Shown here in pieces: positions 49,633 through 63,687 of a DNA stretch of 64,000 bases; the stretch's first letter is position 1, and each line of letters begins with the position of its first letter. The stretch lies in NCBI GenBank assembly GCA_030390025.1, contig CM059431.1, positions 96,722,001-96,786,000 on the forward strand, in the 5' to 3' direction. The translations under genes and the position numbers were made by a program. The notes beneath the pieces were generated by a model that saw only the letters and a list, made by a program, of their open reading frames with translations, was not told the origin of the DNA and ran no database searches. This DNA is from Squalus acanthias. Lineage: Eukaryota.

Positions 49633-50629
49633 GTGAGTATTTGATAGGTTCTTAACTTACTGCTGTGGTCAGTAGTTAGCATGTCAACATGGGAGGAAGT
49701 TTTCAGAACAGTTGTCCATATTATCTGGTCATTTATCTCATTGCTGTTTATGGGATCTTGCTGTGTGCAAATTGGCTGCCACATTCCTACATTACAATGG
49801 TGACTACACTTCAAAAGTACTTCATTTGCTGTAAAGCGCTTTGGCAAGTTCTTTCTTTTCTTTCTTTCCTTCCAGTGGTGACGGTGTTGCTTCTATTGGG
49901 GGTGGATGGTGCTGCTGGTGACGGTGAACTTGGTCATTGTGGCCTGTAACACAAAATGGAAGAAGTGTTTTCTTCCAGGTTATTTGCCCTACCTCACATG
50001 ACATTCCCCACACCCTTGAGCATCTCGACAACTGTTTGGCTACCTAATTCCACCCATATTGTGATCATATTGGTCTGTCATTGACACGTTTGCCTTTGGT
50101 TAATTAGATCACCAGTTGGTGTCTTGTCTTATGCAAGCTATTAGGAAGTGGAGTCCTGATCAGCCTTTGATTGTCTTGAATGAGTTTCCTCTGAGTTTGT
50201 GAACTGAAAGGCCCTTGCCGAAGTTTCTCAATTTCATTTCAGTCAAGAAATTGATCCCTTGCTTTAAGCTCCACCTCACGACAGGTCTGGCTCAGTGTGT
50301 GATTGCTCGTAGAGTCCTGAGCTGCAATGTTACCTGTACCAGGGCAGGTATGTGTTTCCTGTGCCTCAAAGACCCCAGGAAAACCAGTGGCTGGGGAGCT
50401 AAATGGGTAACAGAGTGCTTTCCGCAATGGAAATAACCCGAGGACGCAGCTGTTCTTTGGCAACTTCCTGGGTATCTCGGCCAGGTATTTACAAATCAGC
50501 TCGTGTGATAACGCACAGATGTTTACGCTGCCCACCATGTGTTTGGCAGCTGGTGGTGTGGTTCCTTGATAGAGCCTATCCTTTTCTGAATTCATCACGC
50601 GCGTTACGCCCATGCTGCATGCAGAAAGA

Positions 50630-51075
50630 AAGACAGACTTGCATTTCTATAGCGCCTTTCACGACCACCGGACGTCCCAAAGAGCTTTACAGCCAATTAA
50701 GTGCTTTTTGAAGTGTAGCCACTGTTGTAATATAGGAAATGCGGCAGCCAATTTGCGCACAGCAAGCTCCCACAAGCAGCAATGTGATGATGACCAGATA
50801 ATCTATTTTAGTAATGTTGGCTGGGACACCGGGAATAACTCCCCTGCTCCTCTTCGAAATAGTGCCATATGATCTTTTACGTCCACCTGAGAGGGAAGAC
50901 AGGGCCTTGGTTTAACTTCTCATCCGAAAGACGGCACCTTCGACAGTGCAGCACTCCCTCAGTATGCACTGGAGTGTCGGCCTAGATTTTCGTGCTCAGG
51001 TCTCTGGAGTGGGACTTGAACCCACAACCTTCTGACTGAGGTGAGGGTGTTACCCACTGAGCCACAGCTGACACT
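50630..51075 (-). mobile_element. Deu-domain SINE, full length
   Basis: Reverse complement of the 33515-33962 family. Confidence 0.85.
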
Positions 51076-51239
51076 GTGCTGAAGAAAGGTTCGGCAAGGT
51101 ACCTTGCCTATCATCAATCCCCATCATCACACGTCATGACCCTGTTCAGTAATCACCACCTGTAGTTTAACTGTAGACACAGCCTGTTAAAAGGGAACTA
51201 CTTAAAGTCACAGTACTGAACTGTTCTATTATTTTCCAG

Positions 51240-51358
51240 CATCTGCAGAAGTGACAGAGGCGGCACTGGTCAGAGATATTCTCTACGTCTTCCAAGGAAT
51301 TGATGGCAAATGTATCAAAATGTGTAATTCTGAAAACTGCTATAAAATTGATTCCAAG
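51240..51358 (+). CDS. TUBGCP3: TUBGCP3 exon 7
   Basis: [39 protein letters not shown]; 119 nt; AG/GT. Confidence 0.96.
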
Positions 51359-51874
51359 GTAATCAATCTTAAATGAGTGTTTGGAATAAAAATAAACTCT
51401 TGCATGGTATTTGTATATTTGCGCAGTTGCCTTTATCTTGCTTTCGCTAATGCGTTAATGAGCAGAATGTAGAATCCAGTCAAGAGTAGGGAAAGCATTC
51501 ATTGGAGTGTTGAGAATGATAACTGTTTGGGCTGGGGGAGATGCCATTGTTTCTCTGTGTATGTGAGTGAATGTCAATAATCTGGAAATTTAGAGTGCAA
51601 TTGGTCTGCTTTCTGTATCGCATACCGAAGAATTAGCTCAGCTATCCAGCAGGTAAATCATTGCGCCAAAGTAACTTCAGTCTGGAGGTCGTGACTTATT
51701 TTCTTTCTGGCATTCAAAATGCTTTGGTGCTTTGTTTTTCTGTTTGCATTGGGAAGTGTTGGCTCGGATCAAGGTTTTCTTTAATGTATACATTTTGTGC
51801 CTAATTTTACCCACTCACCACCTCTTTCCTCCGCCCCCCCCTCCTCCCCACCACTGGTTATCTAACCTTTCTCT

Positions 51875-52112
51875 CTTGGGTGGATGTAAAATATCCCATG
51901 ACACTATTCGAAGAAGAGCAGGGGATTTCACCCAGTGTCCTGGCCAACATTTATCCCTCAAACAACACTACCAAAAAAACCCAGAATAACTGGTTATTTA
52001 TCTCATTGCTGTGTGCAAATTGGCTGTTGTGTTTGCCTGCAAAACAACTGTGACTACAATTCAGAAGTTCTTTGAAATGTCCTGAGGATGTGAAGGGTGT
52101 TATATAAATAAA
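51875..52112 (+). mobile_element. Deu-domain SINE 3' fragment
   Basis: GGATGTAAAATATCCCATG...GTGCAAATTGGCTG...CCTGAGGATGTGAAGG. Confidence 0.75.
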
Positions 52113-52516
52113 TGTTATTTCTTCCTAATGTGTTCCTTGCTGGATGGGGTCCTGCCTGCTCCTTGGAGGGCAGCAGCAATGGCTGCTCCCGATATAGTTT
52201 GGTTTTGGTTTTGCCTGATGCCATTCTGCTGGTCCAATCAATTATTGTGGAAGGTTGGAAAGACTGGACTGATTGTGTACTTAGTATTGTACCATTTAAT
52301 AGTACTTCTAATGGTGGCTAGTTCAATAAGGGCAATCATCTGACTTTCAGTATATGTTTTTCATTGGTTCCAAAAAAAAAGTCATTGTGTTAAATGCTAA
52401 ATAAATAAATGCTGTTGTCAAAATGCATCATTGGCTTTGAGTTTGGTGCCAAAACACAGATGTAAACTTCCCCACCTCTCGAGCGGAGCAAGCTTCTGGA
52501 AACAGACCTTCATACT

Positions 52517-53500
52517 TTTTTAAAATTAGTTTTATGGGATGTGGGCGTTGCTGGCAAGGCCAGCATTTATTGCCCATCCCTAATTGCCCTTGAGAAGGTG
52601 GTGGTGAGCCGCCGCCTTGAACCGCTGCAGTCCGTGTGGTGAAGGTACTCCCACAGTGCTGTTAGGGAGGAAGTTACAGGATTTTGACCCAGCGAGGGGA
52701 ACTTGGAGGTGGTGGTGTTCCCATGCGCCTGCTGCCCTTGTCCTTCTAGATGGAAGAGGTCGCGGGTTTGGGAGGTGCTGCCGAAGAAGCCTTGGCGAGT
52801 TGCTGCAGTGCATCTTGTAGATGGTACACACTGTAGCCACAGTATGCCAGTGGTGGAGGGAGTGAATGTTTAAGGTGGTGGATGGGGTGCCAATTAAGCG
52901 GACTGCTTTGTCCTGGATGAAGTCGAGCTTCTTGAGTGTTGTTGGAGCTGCACTCATCCAGGCAAGTGGAGAGTGTTCCATCACACTCCTTACTTGTGCC
53001 TTGTAGATGATGGAAAGGCTTTGGGGAGTCAGGAGGTGAGACATTTGCCGCAGAATACCTAGCCTCTGACCTGCTCTTGTTGCCACAGTATTTATGTGGC
53101 TGGTCCAGTTAAGTTTCTGGTCAATGCTGACCCCCAGGATATTGATGGTGGGGGATTCGGCAATTGTAATGCCGTTGAATGTCAAGGGGCGGTGGTTAGA
53201 CTCTCGCTTGTTGGAAATAGTCATTGCCTAGCACTTCTGTGGCGCGAATGTTACCTGCCACTTATCAGCCCAAGCCTGAACGTCGTCCAGGTCTTGTTGC
53301 CTGCGGGCATGGACTGCTTCATTATCTGAGGAGTTGTGAATGGCACTGAACATCCCCATTTCTGACTTATGTTGGCGGGAAGGTCATTGATGAAGCAGCT
53401 CAATATGGTTGGGACTAGGACACTGCCCTGAGGAACTCCTGCAGTGATGTCCTGGGGCTGTGATGATTGACCTTCAACCACCACAACCATCTTCCTTTGT
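52517..53500 (-). mobile_element. CR1/L2-group LINE 3' fragment
   Basis: 214-aa ORF nearly identical to the C-terminus of the other family copies. Confidence 0.9.
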
Positions 53501-54938
53501 ATTAATCCAATCAGCAATACTTCCACTGCCAGTACAATAGGAAATAGTTGATGATGTACTGTTTTACTCAGTCTTTGTACACTTAAATGGTTGGTTTGAT
53601 AATATCTTGTGTTATAAAGTGTTTTGTAAGTTTAGACATTAGAACATTGGAATATACAGAACGGTTTTGATCCACCTGGCTGGAACCAGAGTTCAGTGAA
53701 TATGCCGGTTACTCCTTCTATCCACCAGTTGATTTTTTTTTACAAGGTTCTCCTTTTTGTGAATTTGGGTGGCGTTCAGGAATGGTGTGAAGTGTTTTGC
53801 TGGTACCGTGAGCTTCTTAAGATTTTTTTCTGTTAGGAAGGATAAGCAGCCCTGAAGTTGGTACAGATTGCTTACCTTTACCAAGCCATGCTCCAGAAAA
53901 TACATTGGTGCAGTTCAACCCGATGATGGTAAGGAAACTCTGAGTCCAGATAAACGGCCCAATATCAGTTGATTGGTCACGTAACATTAGGTGGAATCCC
54001 ACTTAAGTCAGCGGGTCACGTAACGTGATGCTCACAGCATTACCTCCAGAAGCAATACCATTGGAATGTTGCAACCATTCACCAGTTTTAATCAGTAATT
54101 TATTGTTATTTTATAATTCCTTTTAATTTCCTTTGCTTGAATATATTTTGGCATTATGCTCAGATAATGGACTGTTCAGCTCCCATCAGATGGGTTGGGC
54201 ATCAGTCCTAATCTAAAATTCTGTTTATAATTGTACTCGAACTATGAGGGATATTGGTGCTCGGGAATGGAATCTCAGTCATACAGTGTCCGCATCAAGC
54301 ACTCCCAGGTATGATATAGACTAGCTACATGCAAAGTAAGGCTCCCTCCACTCTGCCCCAACAATGTGCCTCAATCCCAACCTTAATCATCCCTTACTGC
54401 ACCGTTATTGCAATTTTTTCATTTTCCACACCAGTGTCTTGTCTGCATCCAGGGAGTAGCAGGAATCTTATGGCTGTGCTGTTGCAGAGGTGGATCCTGT
54501 TGAAACCTCTCCCAATATTGTGACCTTGGTGGTACCTTTGCACAAAGCCAGATTAGTCTCGCGTGAGTGGACGAGTTTTGGGGGCTAATGAGTCCCGTCT
54601 CCAGGTGGACTGGGCTTGTGTGAGATGGGTCTTTTTGTGTGTGTGTGGCTGGCAGGAAGGATTATAGCAGGGTTCCAGCACCCAGGGTGTATTTAAAAAA
54701 AAAAAAAAAAAAGTTTCACAATTGAATTTAGCCTGACCCCTCCCACCCTTAAAACAGTTGCTTCGAGGTTCTAGTGACTGGGGAATAAGCAAACGTTAGA
54801 GGAGTGACATTACCTGGCAATGTAAACTGGGTAGTAACTGGTGGCAGTTCAGGAGGAGGGTTTCAGGAAGAAGCCAGATGTTGTTGGCAGAAATTAGATT
54901 TTGTGTTCTATCAACATAAAACTTTTTGTTTCTTACAG

Positions 54939-55064
54939 TTGGGAATATCGAAATCCCTGAGGGATACTGCAAGTAGATTAGCAGAACTCGGATGGCTTCA
55001 TAACAAAATAAGAAAATACACAGACCAGAGATGCCTCGACCGTGCCTTTGGGCTTGTGGGGCAG
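54939..55064 (+). CDS. TUBGCP3: TUBGCP3 exon 8
   Basis: [42 protein letters not shown]; 126 nt. Confidence 0.97.
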
Positions 55065-55623
55065 GTATGTTGGATTCATCTTACGGTGTCTGTATCCCTG
55101 AACAGACACACCATGTAAGAAAGCACAGAAAAAGGACATTTATACCTGGAGTATCCAGCTCTCCTGGCCTAGCTTCCAGATCTCCTCTGCCTGGTATCCA
55201 GTTCTATCCCCGTTAACCCCCAGCTCGGCCTCTGTTGTTGGAAGTGCATTACCGTACCTGGTACATTATTCACCCTTTAAGTAAATTCTTTATAAGACCT
55301 GTTTTAAATGTTTCGCTTGTTTAGTTTTGGTGTCTTGCTTGTTTTACAGATACGTTTTTTTTAAAAATGTCCATTTTCTTGAAGTGAGAAAGCCTGGTTG
55401 GCATGTTTGATTGCTGTGGCGAGCAGCTAATTCTGAAGCAATCGACGTTCTTTTCAAAGCTGTCTAATTCTGGACATTTTTAGACCCATATAAGGTTCAC
55501 CTTGACGTACCTAAATATTCTCTATTGTTAATTAGTAAACTAAAGCAGACTGTGTATTTAAGGAAAAGTGAAATCATTGTTTGTTTATCTCTTTCAGCCT
55601 CTTTAATTCTTGTATTCCTGCAG

Positions 55624-55692
55624 AGTTTTTGTGCTTCCTTGCATCAGGAGTTGAAGGAATATTACAGGTTACTGTCCGTTTTACATTCCCAG
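55624..55692 (+). CDS. TUBGCP3: TUBGCP3 exon 9
   Basis: [23 protein letters not shown]; 69 nt. Confidence 0.97.
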
Positions 55693-56964
55693 GTAAAAGA
55701 CACTTTACTCCTCTAACATTTGCTCAGTTACCAGTACCTCAAAACCGCTCCTTTAAAGCTGGAAGGGGTCAGATTAAATTTTCTTGCGTGTTCCTGCTGG
55801 CTCCAAAAGCTCCTTGTCTGCAGTGGATACTGTACACAGCAGCACTTGTTGGGTAAATCTAAATATCCCCATCCACCATTGAAATTTCCAACTCCTCTGT
55901 TCCAATGTATTCTGCCTGTTAATTCCCTTCTTAGATTACCATGGTTTTTTTTCCAAATGTTCTGTGAATTGAAAGAATGTTTTTTTGTGAAAGTGGAGCA
56001 TGTGTTTAAATTCTGCCTAGCCACAATCCCCTCATTAGTGGTACAGAATTGTTAACCTTACCGCTAATGATCTTGTAAGAAATGTAAAGCCTATTTAGTA
56101 AAAGTCTGCAGTAAGGGCATCTCACTGTGGGCGACTACAGGTGTATGTGACCAGACTGGTCACCTTCAAGGCAGCTGGGGCTGTGAACTCCCACCGATTG
56201 TTACCTGGCCCTACTTTCCATGGCATTCTGTGTAAGAACAGATCGGGTACTCATTAATTTATTTCTCTCCCAATTAATACTACTGTTTTCCTGACATTGC
56301 TGACTCTGGCTGGACCGCGATCCGGTTCTCGCTGGGCCGCGATCTGGATCTCGCTGGCGGTCCTCTGGTACCTTGCTGAAATAACCAGGCTTTGTGCATC
56401 AGGCTGGACAGTGAGTGTTGGGAGGCTGTTCAGCCTCGAGGGGAGACCCGTCCTCGGGCACAGACTCTCCAGCAGCAGTCACTGGATAACTGGTGAGGGG
56501 AAACCATGGCTGTTTCCTTCTCCCCTCTCCCGAGCAGGGCACATTCAGGCTAACTCAGCAGAAATTGAGGATTGAACCTAGAAGCTTGCTAGTCTGTGTG
56601 GCTCAAGTCGATTATAATGTGAACTTACCGAATGGGGCATCACAACTGCCTGTGAGTGGTGGGGGGCTGGTAGTTCCTGTAATAAAAGCAAAAACTGCTG
56701 CAGTGCTTAGCCCTGTTGGCAGAAAAGACGGGCTCATGTTTCAGGTGTAAACCCCGGGTTAGCAATGGTAAATTCCGAGTTCAGTGTCGCTTCCACTTGT
56801 TTTTCAAGAAGTAAATTATGTTCATAGCAGAAGAACATGCAAACACGCCTTTTCAGTGGCCTTCCCTGGTAACTTATTCCACGTTCTTAGTTCCTTATGG
56901 GTGTAAAATTATCTGCCTGATTTCCCTTCTTGCTCCTAACTTCCTCATTTTGAACCAGTTTCTG

Positions 56965-57950
56965 ATGTAGGGCTGGAACACAAAGGGGAGGAAGTGATGC
57001 TTCAATTGTACAGAGCCTTGGACAGGCCCCATCTGGAGCACTGCATTCAGTTCTGGACACCGCACCTCAGGAAAGCCTTAGAAGGGGCGCAGCACAGATT
57101 CACCAGAATTACACCAGGGCTTAAAGAGTTAAATTATACGGGCAGGCTGCATAAGCTTGGCTTGCATTCCCTTGGATTTAGAAGATTGAGGGGTGATCTA
57201 ATCGAGGTGTCTAAAATAACAAAGGGATTTGATGGGATACACACACAAACTATTTTCTGTGCTGGGGGAATCCAGAACAAGAGGGCAGAATCTTAAAAAT
57301 TAGAGCGAGGCCGTTCAGGGGTGAAATCAGGAACATTGAGCTTGATAGATTTTAGTTGGGTAAAGGTATCAATGTATCTAATCCCTTAAAGACCTTGAAT
57401 AGTATTTCTACCGAGCATTCTCTCCAGAGTAAACAATCCCAAGATCTTCACCCTCTCCTCACAGCTCAGATTCCTTAAGCTCAGTATCAATTTGTTGCCT
57501 TTTTCTGCACTGCCTCCAGTGCCAGGATATCCTTGCTGTATTACGGTGCCCAGAGTGGTACCCAGTGCTCCAGGTGTGGCCATACCAGTGCCTGTACAGA
57601 CTCATTATCCCCTCATGGGATCTGTGCTCTATCCCTCTGACTATACATCCCAGGATGGTGTTAGCTTTCCTTACTGCTGCGACACACTGCCCTGTTGGTG
57701 ACGGTGAGCTCTCCAGCAATAGCCCAGATCCCCCTCCAGAGCTGTGTCCTGTAGTCCAGAAACAGTTAGTTTATAATCCCACCATTTATTTCCCTTCCTA
57801 GTGTCATTGCTGTGCATTTTCCCACATTAAGTGCCACTCATCAGGCACCTTCCCAACCTGTCCAGATCCCTTTGTACTTGGCCTACCTATTCATTGCTAT
57901 TGAACCTCTCCCAGCAAAAGGTCTTTTGTTACCTGCAGATCTGAAGCTCA
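56965..57950. mobile_element. CR1 fragments (56965-57385 on +; 57385-57950 on -)
   Basis: LYRALDRPHLEHC and AVRKANTILGCI motifs. Confidence 0.75.
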
Positions 57951-59659
57951 GTATTTAGAGGATAAGGAATTTGTTTTGTACAGTGGAAAAAGGGGAATAA
58001 TGTCTCCACATAACAGGACAGTTCTTGTAAAAGTGAAGTATCAATTATTTATAAGTAGAATGATAATGGATTAAAGATGCAGTAAGTCGCAGATGCATTT
58101 TCAAGCTTCAGGGCCATGATCGTTGCTTATAAGGCGGCAATGGTCAGTCTGGCTGTCAACTGAATGTTGAAAGGACCACATTATGATCCCATTAACTTTG
58201 TTTCCATGTTATCCAAATGAAATGGTATATTAACAATTCTGGTTGAAGCTATAGATAGAAGTGTTCCACACTTGGTATCAAGATTAAGGCCTTGGATTTT
58301 GTAATGTGATCTATCGATGCCCCAAGTCCCTTGCTGCAAGGCTTAAAGGTTAAAGTGGGGAATAAATAGCTCCAACCTTGCAGGAGATTGTGCTTTTACA
58401 TTGTTGAATTTTTTCTACCCTTGGAGGCCTGCCTTATCAAGTCTTTCAACAACAACAACTTGCATTTATATGGCGCCTTTAATGTAGTAAAACGTCCCAA
58501 GGTGCTTAATCATGGCAGGAAGTTGGTATAATAATTAGGTTTGGGTGCAGCCCCTTTGAGAAATCCAAAATATTGATCTGGACCATGAAAGCTGGTAGAA
58601 CTAATCTTGTCCACCTATCTACTCTTAACGTTTGAATTTTTTTCAAAGTTGAGAATGAAGGTTATGGCTCGTATTGCAGAAAACCATTGGGTTGGGAGGG
58701 GGAAAATCAGAGAGTAGTAACTATAACCATTGGGCTTTAAAAAGCTGACCGGGGAAGGAATGAAAAACTTCAGAAATTGAGATCCTGGAAAAGAATGAGT
58801 TGAAACGTGTGTGAAGAGTCTTGATTTTAACAGTGAGGTTGCAAGGAGGAACGAGAACATACCTGACAGACAACGGGCTTTTTCTGTATCTTGCCCAGAA
58901 GTGTGTGAGAGGTGGTGGAAGAGGCTCCCCAGATCTGGGAGCAATGATCAAGTCTTGTACGCCTTGGGCTTCATAAAATGTCCTTAAGGGGAAGTGTAGG
59001 GTTTGGCACAAAATAAGACAATCAAACTACTTGGAGACTGCTTTATCAACAGAGGAAATGTGATTGTTCCAAATGAGGTCCAGAATGTTGATTTAGATAA
59101 AGGACCGAGGCTGTAGCCATTACAAGCAAGAGGCAGCAGCTGTTATCTAGACCTGAAGAAACTGTCCTTCCAAGAATTGAAAGAAACAAGATTTTCATTG
59201 CCCCATTTAAGGGCATGAGATTGACATTTAGTGTCATCACACTGAGAGGCCTAGAGACTGTGGGCTACCAATGCGCTTTTATTGATAGTTCATCTTTTAA
59301 TTGATAGTTCATCTTTTTGATCACCTCTGGGGTTCTCTAGAGCAATATGTTCCTTCCACTCTTCCTTCAGCTGTCAACCGTGGCTCTGGGTAGCACTCTC
59401 GCATCTGAGTCAGAAGGTTGTGGGTTCAAATCCCACTCCAGAGACTTGAGCACAAAAGTCTAGGCTGACAGTCTTCCTGGCCCTTGCCAAATCTATATCT
59501 GAAACTTGTGTGGACTCTCCTAGTGGTAAAACTGGTTGCTCAAGGGAAGGAAGTTCTTTAGTGAGATTGGAGTCTGAGGATAAAAAAAGGTCAGCTTTAT
59601 CTTCAGGAAAGCAGCTATCCACATCCATCGGAGAGATGAGGGATGGAAAGAAGGGCTTA

Positions 59660-60935
59660 GGAGCAGGAGTAGACCCTCAAGCCTGTTCTGCCATTCAATG
59701 AGATGATGACGTATCTGTGACCTAACTCCATATACCTGCCTTTGCCCCATAACCCTTAATACCTTTGGGTAACAAAAATCTTTTGATCTCCGATTTAAAA
59801 TTAACAATTGATCTAGCATCAATTGCCGTTTGCGGAAGAGAGTTCCAAACTTCTACCACCCTTTGTGTGTAGAAGTGTTTCCTAATTTCACTCCTGAAAG
59901 GTCTGGCTCTAATCTTTAGATTATGTCGCCTCGTCCTAGACTCGCCAACCAGTAGAAATAGTTTTTCTCTATCTACCCTATCTGTTACCCTTAATATCTT
60001 GAAAACCGATCAAATCACCCCTTAACCTTCTAAATTCCAGGGAATACAACCCCAGTTTGTGTAATCTCTCCTTTAAATTTAACCCTTGAAGTCCAGGTAT
60101 CATTCTAGTAAATCTACGCTGCACTCCCTCCAAGGCCAGGAAATCCTTCCTGTGGTGCCCAGAAATGAGCACAATGCTCCAGGTGTGGTCTAACCAGGAT
60201 TTTGTATAGCTGTAGCATAACTTCTACCCCTTTGTATTCTCGTCCTCTAGATATAAAGGCCAGCATTCCATTAAGCCTTTTTGATTATTTTCTGTGCCCG
60301 TGACATTTTAATGATCTATGCACATGAATTCCTAATTCTCTTTGGACCTCCACTGTTTTTAGCTTTTCACCATTTAGAAAATAGCCTGTTCTATCCTTTT
60401 TAGGTCCAAAGTGGATGACCTCACATTTACCTAGATTGAAATCCATTTGCCACAGTTTTGCCAATTCACTTAATCTATTAATATCTCTTAGTAATTTTAT
60501 GGCTTCCATCTGCACTGCTTAAAATGCTGCCTATCTCTGTGTCATCGGCAAACTTGGATATGTGGCTCTCTCTCCCATCATCTAAGTCATTAATAAATAC
60601 AGTGAATAGTTGAGGCACCAACACAGATCCCTGTGGGACACCACTAGTCACATCCTGCCAATTAGAGTACCTGCCCATCATCCCTACTCTCTGTCTCCTG
60701 CCGCTCAGCCAATCTCCTAATCGGGTCAATAATTTGCCTTCAATTCCATGAGCTTCAACTTTAGCTAACAGTCCCTTATGAGGGACTTTATCAAATGCCT
60801 TCAGGAAGTCCATATAAATAACATCCATAGACCTTCCCCCGTCCACTACTTTAGTTACCGCTTCAAAAAAAATTCAGTCAGGTTCATCAGGCATGACCTA
60901 CCCTTTACAAATCCCTGCTGGCTCTTTTTGATCTC
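59660..60935 (-). mobile_element. CR1 LINE RT fragment
   Basis: YMDFLKAFDKVPH, PQGSVL and KFADD motifs. Confidence 0.9.
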
Positions 60936-61401
60936 ACTTAAACAAGTTATGAGAGCCAGGTTGGCAAGGGACCAAGGAAGGAGCAACTGGTGGTGGGCAA
61001 GAAAGACAACAGCTGATGCTCCAAAGTTGTGTTTAGTAGCAGTAGATTTATAGAAGCTACAAGCAGAGAAAAAGTAGGCTGACCAGATACATTGGGCATC
61101 ATATTTACGGTAATAGCAGATCAACAGGGCTGACGTCTTGGGTCTGACAGAAGGGGCAGTGTGAGGTTATGAGACTGATTGATTGGTCATTGGAAATAAT
61201 TGCCTGATGGTTAGTTTTGTATTCTTGGGCTACATTGGGGAAAAAGCAGTTGGATTTATTAACGTTTGCTGACAGCTGAACCCACTCGACACAGTAAATT
61301 CTCCTGAGTACCGCATTATGTGTTGTCCCTCCTTGTGATTTCCTGTCATTTGTATACTTGTTGAAATTTATTTGCCATTTTCTTTCAAATTAAAACCACA
61401 G

Positions 61402-61534
61402 ATACAAGTAGAAGATGACCAAGGTGTAACTGTGGGACTGGAAAGTAGCTTAACGTTGCGTCGCCTGCTGATTTGGACCTATGACCCCAAGATTAGACTC
61501 AAAACACTTGCAGCACTTGTTGATCATTGCCAAG
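61402..61534 (+). CDS. TUBGCP3: TUBGCP3 exon 10 (gene continues beyond the window)
   Basis: [44 protein letters not shown]; 133 nt; AG/GT. Confidence 0.97.
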
Positions 61535-61799
61535 GTCAGTCAGGAATTTTTTAGGTTACTGCACTGTTTTGTACATCGTAAGTTAAAGTAGGATGTTCAT
61601 GTTTTATGCTTTAAAATAGTCAACTGGAAGCCAAAAGCAGCAACTGAAGAAATTTTACAAGGAACTGAACCCAATTTTAACACATTCAGGCAGATTTTAC
61701 AAATAACCGAATTGGATTCATTCAGTATATTTTTCTTCATTTGCTAATGTTAATGAAAAAGTAGATTTTCTCTGCTTCAGCTAAACTTTTTTTATCAAC

Positions 61800-63480
61800 T
61801 GCGATTACAGAGCAATAGATTTCAGCAAGGCTTTTGATACAATGACACACAATTGATTATTCCACAAGGTAGGAAGCCTTGGAATAGGAGGAGAGCTCCT
61901 GAGGTGCATTTAAAATTAGCTAAATCACAGAACCCAAAGTGGGTCGTGAATGGAACTGAATCGAAATGGCAAAGGGTCGCGAGGGGTGGGGGGGTTGTTG
62001 CGGGGCTCACTGGCGGGGCGATTGTTGTTTACAGTGTACAGAAATAGTTTGGGGTTGGGGGCAAAAACAAAAACTTTAAAAAAAATTGGAGTGGGGTGCG
62101 TTAAAATAAGAGAGAAGGCAAACCAAAAACTGAGGGATCTGGATAGGTTGGGGAGGTGGGCTGAGGAGCGGCTAATGGTGTTTAATACAGACAGGATAAT
62201 AAGACCAGCAATGGGGAATAAATAGGGAAGAATGCAAACTAACTGTCTCTGGGCTACAGGACACAGCTCAGGAGAGGGATCTGGGCTATTGGTGGAGAGC
62301 TCACTGTCACCAACAGCACAGTGTGTAGCAGCGATAAGGAAAGCTAACACCATCCTGGGGTGTATAGTCCGAGGGATAGAGCACAGATCCCAGAAGGGGA
62401 TAATGAATCTGTACAGGCACTGGTATGGCCTCACCTGGAGCCCTGGGTATAATTCTGAGCACTGTACTATAGCAAGGGTGTACTGGCACTGGAGGCAGTG
62501 CAGAAAAGGGCAACAAACTGATACTGAGCTTAAGGAATTTGAGCTGTGAAGATCCTGGGATTGTTTACTCTGGAGAAGAGAAGGATCAGGGGAGAGATTA
62601 TTGATGGATTTAAGAGAGTGTGGGAATAGATAAATGGAACCTATATGGTTGAGATTGGCACAAACTCTAGAACCAGGGACCTGTGCTTGGGTTGCGAAGA
62701 GGGAGGGGGAGACAGTTTAGATTGAAGTACTTTGTTAAGAGAGCGGGTTAATATGTGGAATGGACTGTCCAGGAATGGGGTGGGAGCAGGGAATGTGGAA
62801 AAACATGCAGGTGCAGCAAGCAGTTAGGAAGGCAGATGGTATGTTGGCCTTCATTGTAACAGGATTTGAGTACAGAAGCAAGGATGTCTTACTACAGTTA
62901 TACAGGGCCTTGGTGAGACCACACCTGGAGTACTATGTGCAGTTTTGGTCTCCTTACCTAAGAAAGGATATACTTGTCATAGAAGGGAGTGCAGCGAAGG
63001 TTCACCAGACTGATTCCTGGGATGGCAGGACTGTCATATGAGGAGAGGTTGTGTGAACTAGGCCTGTATTCACTAGAGTTTAGAAGAATGAGAGGGGATC
63101 TCATTGAAACGTATACAATTCTGACAGGGCTAGACAGACTGGATGCAGGGAGGATGTTTCCCCTGGCTGGGGGGTCTAGAACGAGGGGTTACAGTCTCAG
63201 GATTCGGGGTAGGACATTTAGGACTGAGATGAGGAGAAATTTCTTCACTCAGAGGGTGGTGAACCTGTGGAATTCTCTACCACAGAAGGCTGTGGAGGCC
63301 AAGGCACTGAATATATTTAAGAAGGAGATAGATAGATTTCTAGACACAAAAGGCATCAAGGTGTATGGGGAGAGAGCGGGAATATGGTATTGAGATAGAG
63401 GATCAGCCATGATATTGAATGGCGTAGCAGGCTCGAAGGGCCGAATGGCCTACTCCTGCTCTTATTTTTCTATGTTTCTA
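61800..63480 (+). mobile_element. old CR1 fragment (61800-62790) followed by a younger CR1 3' fragment (62805-63480)
   Basis: RT C-terminal ORFs and CR1 3' tail. Confidence 0.85.
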
Positions 63481-63687
63481 AAATGTCCATGATAATTGGA
63501 GAGATGTTTGAGAGAGTGGACGATTGATGGGGATTAGTTTTCGGGACTGATGAGATGGACTGCAATCTTTTCCAAATTTGTACTTTCCTGAGTTCTGATG
63601 AGATACAACCATCCTTTCAGAATATGGGATAAGCGAGACCAGATTTATTTATATGTGCAAAAGTTTAATTTTTTAATGAAAACCCTT

